A stretch of 32,000 nucleotides of DNA, from NCBI RefSeq assembly GCF_000008625.1, contig NC_000918.1, positions 1,410,001 through 1,442,000 on the forward strand, in the 5' to 3' direction. The DNA is from Aquifex aeolicus VF5. Lineage in GTDB: Bacteria; Aquificota; Aquificia; Aquificales; Aquificaceae. Shown here piece after piece: positions 8,900 to 19,083 of the stretch (positions are counted from its first letter, which is position 1; the number at the start of each line of letters is the position of its first letter). Position numbers and translations under genes: made by a program. The notes under the pieces were generated by a model, which saw nothing but the letters and a program-made list of their open reading frames with translations, was not told the DNA's origin and did no database searches.

Positions 8900-9060
8900 G
8901 TTCCTAATGTACCGTGTGGAGTTGAAACCATAATAGGAGAATTTAGGAATGCTGATATGCGGGAGTTCCTAATGTACCGTGTGGAGTTGAAACTTGTCGA
9001 GAATTACATCGTCAGGAGTTTCTACTTCAAGGTTCCTAATGTACCGTGTGGAGTTGAAAC
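8900..9060 (+). CRISPR. Mini-CRISPR array: three identical 29-nt repeats and two spacers, with no cas genes in the window
   Basis: The repeat GTTCCTAATGTACCGTGTGGAGTTGAAAC occurs at 8900-8928, 8965-8993 and 9032-9060. The spacers are 8929-8964 (36 nt) and 8994-9031 (38 nt). The plus orientation is inferred from the GTTCC...GTTGAAAC ends, which parallel the Pyrococcus-type repeat GTTCCAATAAG...ATTGAAAG whose last 8 nt form the crRNA 5' tag. Confidence 0.9.
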
Positions 9061-9102
9061 AACTTAACAAATCCTTAACATTTACGGAGTACAAAACATA
9101 AT
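9054..9102 (+). promoter_or_regulatory. Candidate Pho box and -10 element for pstS
   Basis: TTAACA at 9064-9069 and TTAACA at 9075-9080 are separated by a 5-bp spacer. This matches the PhoP/PhoB-type direct repeat TT(A/T/C)ACA-N5-TT(A/T/C)ACA. A third phased hexamer, TTGAAA at 9054-9059, lies inside the last CRISPR repeat. CATAAT at 9097-9102 sits 16 nt downstream of the box, which therefore occupies the -35 position. Confidence 0.45.
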
Positions 9103-9126
9103 AAGCAAACTCAGGGAGGTAAAAGG

Positions 9127-10140
9127 ATGAACAGGAAGAAATTTCTTCTTGGGGTACTAGCATTAGCAATTTTTCCCGCCGCAGGAATAGCAAAGGAAAA
9201 AGTAATCAACGGTGCTGGAGCAACTTTTCCCGCTCCTCTCTACTGGAAATGGGCTGACGCTTACTACAAGGCAACCGGTATTAAGGTAAACTACCAGTCC
9301 ATAGGTTCAGGTGGAGGAGTTAGGCAGATAGTAAACAGAACAGTTGACTTTGGAGCATCTGATGCTCCCTTAAAACCTGAGGAAACAAAAAAACACAATC
9401 TGGCTCAATTCCCGACTGTGATTGGAGGTGTTACCGTAGCTTATAACTTAAGGGGAGTAGAAAATCTCAAGCTCTCTACAAGAGCGGTTTGTGATATTTT
9501 TCTCGGAAAAATTAAGTACTGGGATGACCCAGTTATAAAGAAGGATAATCCCGGAGTAAAACTTCCTCACAAGAGAATTACCGTTGTTCGCAGGAGTGAC
9601 GGTTCAGGAACTACCTGGATATTCACAAACTACCTCTCCAAAGCTTGCCCCGAGTGGAAGGAAAAAGTCGGTTACGGAAAAGCGGTAAGGTGGCCTACAG
9701 GTATAGGTGCTAAAGGAAACGAAGGTGTAGCAAACTATATAAGAAGGATAAAAGGAGCTATAGGCTATGTGGAATACGCTTACGCAATTCAAAACAAGAT
9801 ACCCGTCGCGGCAGTGGAAAACAGAGATGGAAAATTTGTAAAACCTTCTATAGAAACATTCCAAGCAGCTGCTGCAAACGCAAAGTGGGATCCTAAAAAA
9901 GACTTCTACGAAGTCCTGACATGGCAGCCCGGTGAAAAAGCTTACCCCATAGCTGGTGCTACCTTTATACTCCTTGCAAAGGACGAAGACAGGAAGGAAA
10001 TAAATAAGGAAGTAGTTAAATTCTTTGACTGGGCTTACAAAAATGGTGATAAAATGGCTATAGAGTTGCATTACGTACCGTTGCCCGAAAACGTTAAGAA
10101 CATGATTAGGAACTACTGGAGAGAGCATGGATGGTATTAA
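9127..10140 (+). CDS. pstS: Phosphate ABC transporter, periplasmic phosphate-binding protein
   Basis: 337 aa with a signal peptide. Matching segments are GAGATFPAPLY, YQSIGSGGG, DFGASDAP and RSDGSGTT. A GGGAGG Shine-Dalgarno lies upstream. Confidence 0.95.
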   Translation: MNRKKFLLGVLALAIFPAAGIAKEKVINGAGATFPAPLYWKWADAYYKATGIKVNYQSIGSGGGVRQIVNRTVDFGASDAPLKPEETKKHNLAQFPTVIGGVTVAYNLRGVENLKLSTRAVCDIFLGKIKYWDDPVIKKDNPGVKLPHKRITVVRRSDGSGTTWIFTNYLSKACPEWKEKVGYGKAVRWPTGIGAKGNEGVANYIRRIKGAIGYVEYAYAIQNKIPVAAVENRDGKFVKPSIETFQAAAANAKWDPKKDFYEVLTWQPGEKAYPIAGATFILLAKDEDRKEINKEVVKFFDWAYKNGDKMAIELHYVPLPENVKNMIRNYWREHGWY

Positions 10141-11089
10141 TAGAAGGAAAGACAAGGTAATAGACAAGCTTGTCTTTTTAAGTCTGGGCTTTTTTGCCTT
10201 TTTTCTGGGGCTTTTATACCCTCTCTTCGTAGGAGTATCTCTCTTAAAAGAGTCGTGGCTCGCTATTCAGAAGTTCGGAGTTATAGGGTTCATAACGGGT
10301 ACCGTCTGGGATCCCGTTCAGGAGATATTTGGCGGACTTCCCGCAATAGTGGGAACTCTTATTACAACCTTCTTAGCTTCCCTGATAGCGATACCCGTTT
10401 GTATAGGTATAGCGATTTTCATAGCAGAACTCTGTCCCAAACCTCTAAAGCCGGTGTTTACTACGGCGATTGAACTACTCGGAGCAATACCGAGCATCAT
10501 TTACGGGATGTGGGGATTTTTTATAATAGCCCCATTGATGGCAGACTATGTAGAACCCTTCCTGCAGGAAACATTTATAGACGTTCCCGTAATAGGAAAA
10601 CTCTTTGACGGAGCACCTACCGGTATTGACGTCCTCACTTCAAGCTTTGTTCTTTCCATAATGATAATCCCCTTCATGGCCTCAATAGTAAAAGACGCCT
10701 TTGAAATGACGCCTCAGCTATTAAAGGAAGCAGGATATGGAATGGGCGCCACAAAGTGGGAGGTTATAAAAGACGTTATAATCCCTTACGCTTTTCCGGG
10801 AATCGTGGGAGGAGCGGTTCTTTCTGTGGGAAGGGCACTCGGAGAGACTATGGCAGTCGCATTTCTAACAGGAAACGTTCACCAAATTCCCAAGTCTTTA
10901 TTTGACCAGTTAACGACCATTACCGTTGCGATAGCAAACGAGTTTACAGAAGCTCACCAAGACATATACCTTTCTTCCCTTTACTACCTTGCCCTAATAC
11001 TCTTTATAATGTCTTTCCTCCTTTTAATCCTCAGCAAGTTCTTAATCTTCAAGAGGTTGGAGAAAAGATGGAAGGTCACGGGAATTTAG
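10127..11089 (+). CDS. pstC: Phosphate ABC transporter permease PstC
   Basis: 320 aa polytopic membrane protein containing the EAA-type loop EAGYGMGATKWEVI. It overlaps pstS by 14 nt. Confidence 0.92.
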   Translation: MDGINRRKDKVIDKLVFLSLGFFAFFLGLLYPLFVGVSLLKESWLAIQKFGVIGFITGTVWDPVQEIFGGLPAIVGTLITTFLASLIAIPVCIGIAIFIAELCPKPLKPVFTTAIELLGAIPSIIYGMWGFFIIAPLMADYVEPFLQETFIDVPVIGKLFDGAPTGIDVLTSSFVLSIMIIPFMASIVKDAFEMTPQLLKEAGYGMGATKWEVIKDVIIPYAFPGIVGGAVLSVGRALGETMAVAFLTGNVHQIPKSLFDQLTTITVAIANEFTEAHQDIYLSSLYYLALILFIMSFLLLILSKFLIFKRLEKRWKVTGI

Positions 11090-11925
11090 AAAGGTACGTA
11101 AAGTGGAGGAAGTTCAAGAGCAACTTAATTCTGTTTTTCACATTTCTTACAGCACTCTACGGACTCGTCTGGCTTGTTTGGATAATAACCGATGTAACTA
11201 TAAAAGGATTTTCAAACCTTAGTTTGGATCTTCTCCTGAAGGATCCTACTCCCCCGGGCGTGGAGGGTGGTGGTTTAAAACACGCCTTCGTGGGACATTT
11301 AATAATCACTTCTCTGGCTGTAGTTCTCGGTGTTCCCATAGGCATAGCCGCAGGAGTATTCTTTACGGAGTACGGCAGGTACAGCAGGTTTGTCTCCTTA
11401 CTCAGGGATCTTACGGACAGTATAGTGAGCCTACCTTCTATAATTGTCGGAACATTTATTTACGCTGTAATGGTCAAACCGGTGGGACACTTTTTCGCCT
11501 TAAGCGGTTCTGTTTCGCTAGCCTTGTTAATGCTTCCGGTTATAGCCATAACAACCGCCCAGATGCTGAAAATGGTTCCCGACTCTTTGAGGGAAGCTGC
11601 TTACGCCCTCGGAGCGTATAAGTGGCAGGTTATAAAAGACGTTTCCCTCTCTGTCGCAAAGAGGGGAATACTTACGGGAGTAATTCTGGGAATTGCCAGA
11701 ATTACAGGGGAAACCGCTCCGCTTCTATTTACTTCGTTTAACAACAACTTTACCACTTACAACATATTTGAACCTATGGCCTCGCTCACTGTTACCATTT
11801 TCGTTTACGTTATGGGACCCTACGACGACTGGCACAGAAAAGCGTGGGCTGCCTCGCTCATACTCACAATCGGAACGCTTATGTTCTTCATCCTTGCAAA
11901 AATCCTCGTCAGAGCTAAAAAGTAA
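11068..11925 (+). CDS. pstA: Phosphate ABC transporter permease PstA
   Basis: 285 aa membrane protein containing REAAYALGAYKWQVI and GETAPLLFT. It overlaps pstC by 22 nt. Confidence 0.92.
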   Translation: MEGHGNLERYVKWRKFKSNLILFFTFLTALYGLVWLVWIITDVTIKGFSNLSLDLLLKDPTPPGVEGGGLKHAFVGHLIITSLAVVLGVPIGIAAGVFFTEYGRYSRFVSLLRDLTDSIVSLPSIIVGTFIYAVMVKPVGHFFALSGSVSLALLMLPVIAITTAQMLKMVPDSLREAAYALGAYKWQVIKDVSLSVAKRGILTGVILGIARITGETAPLLFTSFNNNFTTYNIFEPMASLTVTIFVYVMGPYDDWHRKAWAASLILTIGTLMFFILAKILVRAKK

Positions 11926-11932
11926 AATTATT

Positions 11933-12364
11933 ATGAAAAAATTCTTTCTGTTTCTTGTTTTACCAATATTTCTCTTCGCTTCTCCTCTTAAGGCTGTTTT
12001 TGACTGTGCGGTCGGAGACCTGGACTGGATTAGCTTAAGACTCAGTCTTATTAAGAAAACCGCAGAACAATTAATGGAAGAAGGAAAAAGCTACAGATTT
12101 GTTATAACGATACACTCCCACTGTATAAAAGTGGTTGATGCAGACCTGAAGAAATTTCCCGAAAGTGAACGCAGGAAGATTGAACTAATTCAGAGTCAGT
12201 TAAAAACTTTAAAAGAAATGTATTCAGTAGATGTTAAAGCCTGTCAGATAGCTATGAATAGAGGAAAGATTAAGAAGGTTCCCCCCTTTGTAGAAACCGT
12301 TCCAAATAGCTGGATCACACTAATTGAACTCCAGAATAAAGGCTTTGCCTTTGTACCCTTTTAA
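11933..12364 (+). CDS. Secreted DsrE/DsrF-like protein (COG1416-type), paralog of 476-985
   Basis: The start is set at the ATG at 11933 (MKKFFLFLVLPIFLFASP signal peptide), 8 nt after the pstA stop. The longer track ORF from 11693 overlaps pstA out of frame. The C-terminus VDVKACQIAMNRG...VETVPNSWITLIELQNKGFAFVPF aligns with the 476-985 product. Confidence 0.6.
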   Translation: MKKFFLFLVLPIFLFASPLKAVFDCAVGDLDWISLRLSLIKKTAEQLMEEGKSYRFVITIHSHCIKVVDADLKKFPESERRKIELIQSQLKTLKEMYSVDVKACQIAMNRGKIKKVPPFVETVPNSWITLIELQNKGFAFVPF

Positions 12365-12388
12365 AATAAAGACTTGAGGAGGAATTAA

Positions 12389-13621
12389 ATGAACCCAGTT
12401 AAAGAAATGTTAAAGGAAAAAGCAGGATACATTCTGTCCACTTTAATGTCTCAGGGCGGAGAGTACGGAGAAATCTTTTACGAGAAATCCAGAACCACGA
12501 GAATGCACTTAGAGGACAGAAAAATAGACAAAGTTACCCACGGATACGACGAAGGCGTAGGACTCAGGTTAATAAAAAACGGGAAAACTTATTACGGATA
12601 CACCACCAATCCGACCTTTGAAAATCTGAAAGAACTTGCAAAAATACTCGCAAGGGGCGAAGGGCACGGACCCGTAGCCATAGGAAAGCGTTACATTCAG
12701 GGCTATACGGAAGTTTTAATAGACCCTGATAAGGAAAGTCTGAAGTTCAGGGCTGAAATCTTAAGGAGGGCTGACGAAAAGGCGAGGAGCTTCGGGGACA
12801 AGATAAAACAGGTTCTTGCGGTCCTTATGGACAAAACCAGGGAGATTATGGTTATAAACACCTTAGGAGAAACTGCGGAAGACACACAAAAGAGGGTGGT
12901 TTTCTTTGTAGAAGTTGTTGCAAGCGACGGAGAAACTCTGCAGAGGGGGTATGAGAGCCTCGGGGGAAGGAGAGGTTTTGAGATTTTCAACGAAACGCCT
13001 CCAGAAGTCATAGCGGAAAAAGCGGCAAAGAGGGCACTACTTATGCTGAGTGCAAAACCTGCCCCCGCGGGAACTTTCACCGTGGTGATGTCCTCTCAGG
13101 CGGGTGGTACGATGATACACGAGGCGGTGGGACACGGGCTTGAAGCAGACCTCGTTCAGCAGGGACTCTCCGTTTACGCTGGAAAGCTCGGAGAAAAAGT
13201 AGCCTCGGAGCTCGTTACCGTAATAGATGATGCAACCCTTCCCTATCACAACGGCTCCTTTACGGTTGACGACGAAGGCGTTCCCGCCCAGAGAAAGGTT
13301 TTAATAAAAGACGGGGTACTCGTAGGGTACATGTACGACAGACTCAGGGCTATGAAAGACGGAGTGGAATCAACTGGAAATGGAAGGAGACAGAGTTACG
13401 CCCACATTCCCATAGTCAGGATGACAAACACCTTTATAGACAAAGGCCAGGACAATCCGGAGGACATAATAAAGGACACCAAAAAGGGAGTACTCGTTGT
13501 GAAAATGGGCGGAGGAGAAGTAAACACCGTGACGGGAGATTTCGTTTTTGAAGTAATGGAAGGCTACATGATAGAAAACGGGGAGATTACTTATCCCATA
13601 AGGGGAGCAACGCTCATATGA
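12389..13621 (+). CDS. tldD: TldD-family metalloprotease: 410-aa portion ending at an in-frame TGA
   Basis: The metal site HEAVGHGLEAD and the TldD/PmbA-type core are present, with a GAGGAGG Shine-Dalgarno upstream. The ORF ends ...IRGATLI-TGA at 13619-13621, where TldD homologs continue GATLIG(N/S)G. Confidence 0.85.
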   Translation: MNPVKEMLKEKAGYILSTLMSQGGEYGEIFYEKSRTTRMHLEDRKIDKVTHGYDEGVGLRLIKNGKTYYGYTTNPTFENLKELAKILARGEGHGPVAIGKRYIQGYTEVLIDPDKESLKFRAEILRRADEKARSFGDKIKQVLAVLMDKTREIMVINTLGETAEDTQKRVVFFVEVVASDGETLQRGYESLGGRRGFEIFNETPPEVIAEKAAKRALLMLSAKPAPAGTFTVVMSSQAGGTMIHEAVGHGLEADLVQQGLSVYAGKLGEKVASELVTVIDDATLPYHNGSFTVDDEGVPAQRKVLIKDGVLVGYMYDRLRAMKDGVESTGNGRRQSYAHIPIVRMTNTFIDKGQDNPEDIIKDTKKGVLVVKMGGGEVNTVTGDFVFEVMEGYMIENGEITYPIRGATLI

Positions 13622-13777
13622 AACGGACCCAAAGCCCTTCAGGACGTGGACGCTGTCGGAAACGACCTCCGGTGGGCTATACGAACGTGTGGAAAAGATG
13701 GGCAGGGTGTTCCCGTAACAGACGCCCAGCCAACTATAAGGATCAGGAAATTAACACTCGGCGGGGTGGAAACGTGA
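13622..13777 (+). pseudogene. tldD: C-terminal 51 codons of TldD, in the same frame as 12389-13621 but cut off by the TGA at 13619-13621
   Basis: Hand translation in frame gives NGPKALQDVDAVGNDLRWAIRTCGKDGQGVPVTDAQPTIRIRKLTLGGVET-stop, with the stop at 13775-13777. This matches the conserved TldD C-terminus (E. coli ...[53 protein letters not shown]). Confidence 0.8.
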
Positions 13778-13817
13778 TAAAATGATAATTGTATAAAAAT
13801 TTAGGAGGTGGGTAACC

Positions 13818-14114
13818 ATGCCTGTGTTCGTAATTTTAACAACCCTGACGGACGAGGGGGCAAAGACCCTTAAGAATAAGCCCGAAAGAATTAAGGAAGT
13901 TGACGAGGAACTCTGCAACAAGTACGGAATCAAAATCCTCGCTCAGTACGCCTTAATGGGTCCTTACGACTTCCTGAACGTTGTAGAAGCTCCCGACAAC
14001 GACACTATACTCAAAATGGCAATTGAACTAAACTCCAGAGGAACCATAAGGACACTCACGATGCCCGCTTTTGATATTGACACACTCATTAAGGACTTAA
14101 AGGAACAGCAGTAA
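13818..14114 (+). CDS. GYD-domain protein
   Basis: 98 aa. The sequence MPVFVILTTLTDEGAKTLKNKPERIKEV...LMGPYDFLNVVEAPDNDTILKMAIELNSRGTIRT fits the GYD family (COG4274) pattern. An AGGAGGTG Shine-Dalgarno lies upstream. Confidence 0.8.
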   Translation: MPVFVILTTLTDEGAKTLKNKPERIKEVDEELCNKYGIKILAQYALMGPYDFLNVVEAPDNDTILKMAIELNSRGTIRTLTMPAFDIDTLIKDLKEQQ

Positions 14115-14152
14115 AAATCCTTTCCTCCTTTTTCCTTTTAACCTTTGAGTAA

Positions 14153-16728
<2,576 letters not shown>

Positions 16729-16766
16729 TTTATGTTATTATATGTTTAGTGAATGAGGGTTCAATA

Positions 16767-17258
16767 ATGAAGATTAAGGAAACTGAGCTTCCGGGAGTAG
16801 GCAAGAAGTACACGATAGAGCTAGAAGAAGGAGGAGAACTGACTCTCATCATTCACAACACTGGAAGGAGGGAACTCTACCTCGTTGAGGAGGAAGAAGA
16901 AGAACCCAGTTGTGTCTTTTCTTTGACAGAAGAGGAAGCGAGAGAACTCGGTTTTCTCCTGGCGGGAACTACGTTCCAGACTGTGAGCACCGAAAGAATG
17001 GAACTCTTAATGAAAGAGATAGTAATGGAGTGGGTGAAGGTAGGGGAAAATTCAAATTTTATCGGAAAGACTATAGCTGATCTAGAAATCAGAAGGAAAA
17101 CGGGTGTGTCTATAATAGCCATTATCAGAGATGGGGAGATGATTCCCAGTCCTGACCCATACAAGGAAAAGATACAGGCAGGAGACACTTTAATAGTCGT
17201 GGGAACGAGGGAGCAGCTCATCAAGTTCTTAGAAATGTGCGGAGACTGCAGTACCTGA
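16767..17258 (+). CDS. TrkA-C/RCK_C-domain regulatory subunit of a CPA2 antiporter (KhtT-like)
   Basis: MKIKETELPGVGKKYTIEL resembles KhtT N-termini, and the C-terminal RCK_C region contains GKTIADLEIRRKTGVSIIAIIRDGEMIPSP. The ATG at 16767 has a GAGGG Shine-Dalgarno 7 nt upstream, whereas the track ORF starts at a GTG at 16749. Confidence 0.75.
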   Translation: MKIKETELPGVGKKYTIELEEGGELTLIIHNTGRRELYLVEEEEEEPSCVFSLTEEEARELGFLLAGTTFQTVSTERMELLMKEIVMEWVKVGENSNFIGKTIADLEIRRKTGVSIIAIIRDGEMIPSPDPYKEKIQAGDTLIVVGTREQLIKFLEMCGDCST

Positions 17259-17259
17259 A

Positions 17260-18528
17260 ATGGAACATCATTTGCACCACATAATTCAAGAAACAGCTCC
17301 TTACTTAGTCCTTTTATTTATGTTCATTTTCGGTTACACATTCCAGAAGGTAAACATTCCCTCCATTATAGCCTTTATGATTATTGGTTTTTTAGCCCAG
17401 CCTTTAGTCCCTCCTGAAAAAATAAAAGACTTTGAAATATTCAAACACGCCGGGATAATACTGCTTTTCTTCTTCATTGGTCTTGAGTACTCCTTTGAGA
17501 GACTCAGGACTATGCTAGGTGCCTGGAAAACGGGCAGCATTGACTTCGTATTTAACTTTATACCGCCCTTTATAATCGCCTACGCTTTCGGGTTTGACCT
17601 GATCACCGCCCTCATTCTCGCAGCAGTGTTTTACCCTTCCAGCACTTCCATAATCGCAAAACTTTTAATGGATTACAAACGTATAGCCAGCCCTGAGGCG
17701 GAATTGCTCATCGGTATTCTCATATTTGAGGATCTCGTTGCCATACTCCTGCTAACGATAATTATCCCTCTTAAAGAAGCGGGTAGTATAGAGTTTACAA
17801 CTATTCCCGTAAGTCTCGTAAAACTCGGTGTAGCCTTCCTATTATTCTGGCTAATATACAAGTACCTCATTCCCAAGATAAACGCGTGGCTCGACAGAGT
17901 TTCTGAGGAAGATATATTCATATTCTTCACCCTCGGTTTAGTACTGAGCATTGGAACTATCTTTCATTCTCTTGGCATTTCCGAAGCGCTCGGAGCTTTT
18001 CTCCTAGGTGTCATCGTCCCCGAAACAAAAGTTCTTGAAAATATAGAAAAGCAACTTTCGGACTTAAAGGAACTTTCAATGGGACTGTTTTTCTTCTTCT
18101 TCGCTTATGAGACCCAGTTAACGAAGCCCGAAAACTTAGGTCTGCTAATACTCCTTATAGTTCTCGGAATAATTCTCAAGATCATTTCTACTTACCTTGC
18201 TGGTTACGTTTTCGGCTTGAAGAAAAAGTCGAGACTCAGGGCTTCCCTCTCCTTCGTTCCGAGAGGTGAGTTCTCAGTAATAATGACTTCTTTCGAACCA
18301 GCTTTAAAATCCACTTCCATACCCTTCATATTCTTAACCGCGGTAATTGGAAGTATCCTCTTTGCATTGGCTCCGAAGGTGGCGGATATCATCTACCCGC
18401 CTAAGAAGAAAAAGAAGAAGAAACCGATCAAGCGTCCGAAGAAAGGTTATTTAAAACGCTCTCGAGCCTTTTCCGAGCACGCTCCAAGTCTTCAGTCTTC
18501 CCGACCCGAAACTCCTCCCCAACAATAA
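17260..18528 (+). CDS. Cation:proton antiporter, CPA2/Kef family (KhtU-like), with a lysine-rich C-terminal tail
   Basis: 422 aa with about 11-12 transmembrane segments; FFFIGLEYS and GAFLLGVIV are Na_H_exchanger-type segments. It starts 1 nt after the KhtT-like stop. The tail PPKKKKKKKPIKRPKK... overlaps the convergent DUF374 gene. Confidence 0.85.
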   Translation: MEHHLHHIIQETAPYLVLLFMFIFGYTFQKVNIPSIIAFMIIGFLAQPLVPPEKIKDFEIFKHAGIILLFFFIGLEYSFERLRTMLGAWKTGSIDFVFNFIPPFIIAYAFGFDLITALILAAVFYPSSTSIIAKLLMDYKRIASPEAELLIGILIFEDLVAILLLTIIIPLKEAGSIEFTTIPVSLVKLGVAFLLFWLIYKYLIPKINAWLDRVSEEDIFIFFTLGLVLSIGTIFHSLGISEALGAFLLGVIVPETKVLENIEKQLSDLKELSMGLFFFFFAYETQLTKPENLGLLILLIVLGIILKIISTYLAGYVFGLKKKSRLRASLSFVPRGEFSVIMTSFEPALKSTSIPFIFLTAVIGSILFALAPKVADIIYPPKKKKKKKPIKRPKKGYLKRSRAFSEHAPSLQSSRPETPPQQ

Positions 18529-19062
18529 CCTCTCCTCTTGTAAAGGGGTAAGGGATTACGAGACCGTCCCATGTATTTAACCTTATAAACTTCTCAAACT
18601 TTACCACCGCAGGTATTATGGGGCTTTCCGTCTTTTGAGCCAAAAACACCACTCCCGGTTTTACTCTGTAAGCGGGACCTTCGGCCCGTCCACAGTTATC
18701 GCAACGTTTTTTCCTTCTTTTAAGTATTCAATTAACTTCAAGGTGGCACTCCTTCCTCCCTTTTTTGCCTTTCCTTCTTCCGTAGAGCCTCTTACCACTT
18801 CAAAGCCGAGCTCTTTCAGCAGCCTTGCCGCTATTTCCCCGTCCCTGAATCGACTTACCAGCACCACTATTCCCCTGTCCATTCCGTAGAGGGCGAGACC
18901 GAGAGCGTGCCCATGCCATAGGGCGTATATCTTTCCCTTATCTTTCCTGAACTCGTAACGCTTCTTCCACCTTATAGTTCTCCCTATTATCCTTAAAATC
19001 AATCCGATAAAGGGAAGCATTAGAAAAATAAGCCTGTACTTTAACTTATTCATTTGAAGCAT
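18428..19062 (-). pseudogene. DUF374 (COG2121, lysophospholipid-acyltransferase-like) gene split by a 1-nt frameshift
   Basis: ORF 18661-19062 ends ...ALWHGHA..VSRFRDGEIAARLL..VVRGSTEEG...ITVDGPKVPLTE-stop. The adjacent frame, which includes ORF 18428-18652, reads GPAYRVKPGVVFLAQKTESPIIPAVV...IPYPFTRGEVIVGEEF. Together the two reconstruct the family pattern (T/V)DGP(K/R)GP.Y.VKPG. The frame changes at about 18677-18681. Confidence 0.75.
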
Positions 19063-19083
19063 ATAATATACCTTTTAGGAGGT

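Noticed and set aside
8969-9193. 74-aa minus-strand ORF
   Set aside because: It runs antisense through the CRISPR repeats and spacers and into the pstS start. It is an artefact of open frame across the array.
9604-10167. 187-aa minus-strand ORF
   Set aside because: It is antisense to pstS and has Cys/Phe-rich shadow-ORF composition.
11693-11932. The N-terminal extension of the DsrE-like ORF given in the ORF track
   Set aside because: The extension overlaps the pstA coding region in another frame and has proline/threonine/leucine-rich nonsense composition. The ATG at 11933 begins a clean signal peptide just after the pstA stop.
13619-13621. The in-frame TGA in tldD as a selenocysteine codon
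   Set aside because: The position aligns with an invariant glycine that has no redox role. I see no convincing SECIS-like hairpin immediately downstream, only a small GTCG-GAAA-CGAC hairpin about 35 nt away. A nonsense mutation, sequencing error or read-through is far more plausible.
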